Positions 61,131 to 64,000 of a stretch of 64,000 nucleotides of DNA are shown one piece after another. Each line of letters starts with the position of its first letter. The first letter of the stretch is position 1. The DNA comes from Camelus dromedarius (Eukaryota): positions 95,358,001-95,422,000 of the forward strand of contig NC_087436.1 in NCBI RefSeq assembly GCF_036321535.1, written 5' to 3'. Made by a program: the position numbers and the translations under genes. The notes beneath the pieces are model-generated. The model was not told the DNA's origin. It was given only the letters and a program-made list of their open reading frames with translations, and made no database searches.

Positions 61131-63000
61131 TTTATACCCGGAGTGATAAAACTTCATCATTATGTGTTCATGCATGAGAGTTTTCCCCCACTTATTCTCC
61201 CTGGTTGTTACCCGGTGGTTCAGTTTTATTTAAAGAATAACTTTTTTTTTCAACCTAGAGAATATATTTTCTACTACTATGTCTTTGCTTATCTCTTCAC
61301 TTCCATCTCTCTGGTCTCTTTGTCTGTAACTTCTATTGGACAGATATTGGAATTTCTGGGTCTAATTTCTAATATTTCCAAACTTTAAGCATTTCCATTT
61401 CTTTTTCCTTTAGTATGGTGTTCTGGAAAAATTTCCCAGCATACTTGGCTGCCTAAGTGCTGCACTCTAGACCCATAAATGCTTATTGTCACAACAACCT
61501 TTTCTTACTTAGGAAATGTCATAGCATCTCTTAATTCTCTAGGGTAGTTTATGTACAGCACTTCTTTCAAAGTTTTCTTCTGTTTATTTTATTTACTGTT
61601 TCTTCTGGTATTGGCTCTTAGATTTGTTTAGTTTGGTTTTCCTTTCATGATGTTGATTTTCCTCACATACTTGGTGATTCTGGATTGTGTACTCAGCTCT
61701 GTATTCTATAATCTTTTATTTTTTCTAGATCAAGGCCCGTATGCCATGGCCCATGGACCAAATTTGGCTGCTCCCTATTTTGAAAATAAAGTTCTTTTGG
61801 AACATAGACACACTCATTCATCTTTAAATAACCAGTGGCTGCTTTTTTTTTTTTTTTTTTTTTTTCCGCCATGGCGACATTGAGTAGCCCACAAAGACTA
61901 GAATATTGATTATCAGGTCCTTTATGGAAAAAGCTTGGCAACCATGCTAGTTCTAGCCATCACTTTACAGGAAATATGACTCAGAAAGGAATATAGTAAA
62001 CAATGGTTGGCTGATTGATCCATCAACCAAAGCAGAATGTGAGTTATTCTACAAAAGACTCAGTTTTTTCACAAATATATGGCATAAAAATGAAAAAAAA
62101 AAGGAGAAATTCATATGGATTAAAAGATATTTAATAGAAATTACAGCCAAAAGCATTGTATAACCCTTGCTTGGATCCTAATTTAAACAGATCAACCATA
62201 AAGTAAAATTTTGAGACAATGGGAGAAAATTGAATATGAACCAGTGTTTCTGACTTTTCTGATATGAGACAAACCTCCCTACTTCTTGGTGGCATGAAAC
62301 AACAACTGTTTTCATGTTCATAGGTTCTGTGGGTCAGGACACAGTGGAGATGGCTGGAGCCTCAGTGGGAAGACTTGAAAGGCCAGGCTCAACTGAGAAT
62401 ATTGGTGGGACACCTACCTGTGGCCCCTTGTGTGGGTGGATTCTGAGAGGGACCATCTGGAGAGGAGCTCTGTAGAGTAAGTGCTCCAAGAGGACCAGGT
62501 CGACGTGAGGAGACCCTCCTCCCTAACTTTGCCTTCAGAGTCAGACAGCATCTCACATCTGTCCTTCCAGTGACTAAGGCCAGCACTGAGTCAAGAGAAG
62601 GGATGTAGACTTCGCATCTGGATGGCAACTCACCTTGCAGGAGGTGGGAAGTGTTGCTGCAATTATTCTTGGAAAACATCATCTAACACAGCTGGCTGTT
62701 AGAGGATGTTAATAAATTATTGTCATTTTTTTTCTTGTAATGTTTTCATGGATTTGATTTCTAAAAATTCCTTTAGGTGCCAGAGAGTCACACTAAGAAT
62801 CATGAGTGAAATGATATAATATTTGGGATTTGCTTTAAAATACTCCAGAAAAAAATTAAAGGTAGTGGTGATGGTGACAGACTAAACTAGAATGATGGGG
62901 TGCTGGTAGTTGTTGAAGCCGGGAAGTAAGTACTGGTTGTTTGTGATATTCGTTTTAATTTGTGTATGTTTGAAAAGTTCCTATGTGAAACATAAAAGAG
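61131..63000. mobile_element. Old L1 fragments interrupted by a MER58A-like MITE (about 61730-61946, -) and an MLT1 LTR (about 62250-62690, -)
   Basis: MER58A: 'aaataaagttcttttggaacatagacacactcattca'. L1MC-like: 'gaaatgatataatatttgggatttgctttaaaatactccag'. MLT1: 'ttctgtgggtcagga...cttggaaaacatcatctaacaca'. Confidence 0.7.
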
Positions 63001-63574
63001 AAAGAAAAATCTGGTTTTGCCTGTTTATGGGTGTCCTTTCTTTCTACCTCCAGCAGTTTTGGGTGAGTCAGAGCCATGGTGCAGAATCGAGTCACTCATC
63101 TCCCAAGTTTAGGGGCTCCCTGTTCCTTCTGGGTGTGGCCAGCTCCCCGAGGCATTTCCTTCCCTCGTCCTCCCAAGGGCTCACACTCACTGTTCCAGCC
63201 TGAGGCAAACACCCCACCATCTACTTTTTGGCACTATTTGGTGGAGGAGTGGGACTCACCAATCTGGCAACCAGGATTGGGTTATTATAACCTCCCCACC
63301 GGCTGCCACACAGCTCCGTCCTGTTTCTTGAATCTGTTCCCTCTGTGTTTGGAGCATAGCAGGGGCCTCTTCTACTTGTGCACCTGTCTCTTCTGAACAT
63401 GATTTTGGATGTAATTTGCTTTGTCAATTTAGTCTTCTCCACTTTCTCTATTTCAAGGGATTAATTAAAATTTCTGATCTGATAGCATGCTTTTTATAGC
63501 ATTACTATGGATCCAACCTTTACCTCCTCCCATCCCCAACCCACCCCAAACAACCCACTTTTCTGTCATTTTTA

Positions 63575-63632
63575 TTTTTATTTTTTAAATTTTATTTTAT
63601 TGAGTTATAGTCAGTTTACAATGCTTTGTCAG
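63575..63632 (-). mobile_element. Very short LINE-1 3' end
   Basis: 'ttttattgagttatagtcagtttacaatgctttgtcag'. TSD tctgtcattttta (63562-63574) / tctatcattttta (63633-63645). Confidence 0.85.
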
Positions 63633-64000
63633 TCTATCATTTTTAGAGATGTTGGTTGGAATGGAAAAATATTTATGAGAACTTAGGTGGCCACTTCGAT
63701 TCAATACCCCCAGTTTTTTCAATGCTTTATAGCCAAACAATATATGTACAATTATGCATCTTGTGGATTTTTGAAAACCTACATTAGAACTTAAATATTT
63801 TCCATTTTATTAAAAACTACTTGCAATAGTAATTACTCATGTTTACATTATATCAGACCTTAAATGTATCCTGTAATTTGTAATTTCTGAACTTTACATT
63901 TGGAGCCCTTTCATATTGACTGTTTCAATATTTAGTCTTCATATTAATTTTACTTCCTTAGGATAGGTTCTACAGCATGGAATTACAGTGGAAAAAAACC

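Noticed and set aside
18810..63070. Scattered AP-1 (TGAGTCA/TGACTCA) heptamers
   Set aside because: About a dozen in 64 kb is close to chance, and many lie inside repeats.
1..64000. CRISPR arrays, operons, rRNA, intact retrovirus or other novel multi-gene system
   Set aside because: No regularly spaced repeat-spacer array, long coding frame, rRNA-like sequence or gag/pol/env frame was seen. The content is typical repeat-rich mammalian non-coding DNA.

Overview
This is mammalian genomic DNA, very probably camelid (alpaca/llama/camel): it carries four copies of a short tRNA-Ala(AGC)-derived SINE of the vic-1 type. I recognise no host protein-coding exon. The ORF-track entries are chance ORFs, microsatellite read-throughs or decayed transposon frames; the clearest protein fragments are LINE-1 ORF2 (about 37.0-37.7 kb) and a decayed hAT/Charlie transposase (about 46.1-47.8 kb). 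A large part of the window is interspersed repeats: old and recent L1, L2, MIR, MaLR/ERVL LTRs, one ERV-like LTR and hAT MITEs. The unique sequence has a possible promoter and 5'-UTR exon cluster at about 9-17.5 kb (GC boxes, several donor sites, a 76-nt ATG-less exon) and motif-dense enhancer-like islands at about 55.1-55.9 kb and 58.4-58.8 kb. The window reads as the 5' end and a large intron of an unidentified gene or lncRNA, or as intergenic DNA. I found no evidence of a new biological system. The best-supported observations are retrotransposition and transposition signatures: a twin-primed L1, two hAT MITEs sharing one target site, and ultra-short L1 tails with TSDs. Repeat family names come from recalled consensus sequences, and boundaries are approximate unless a TSD is given.
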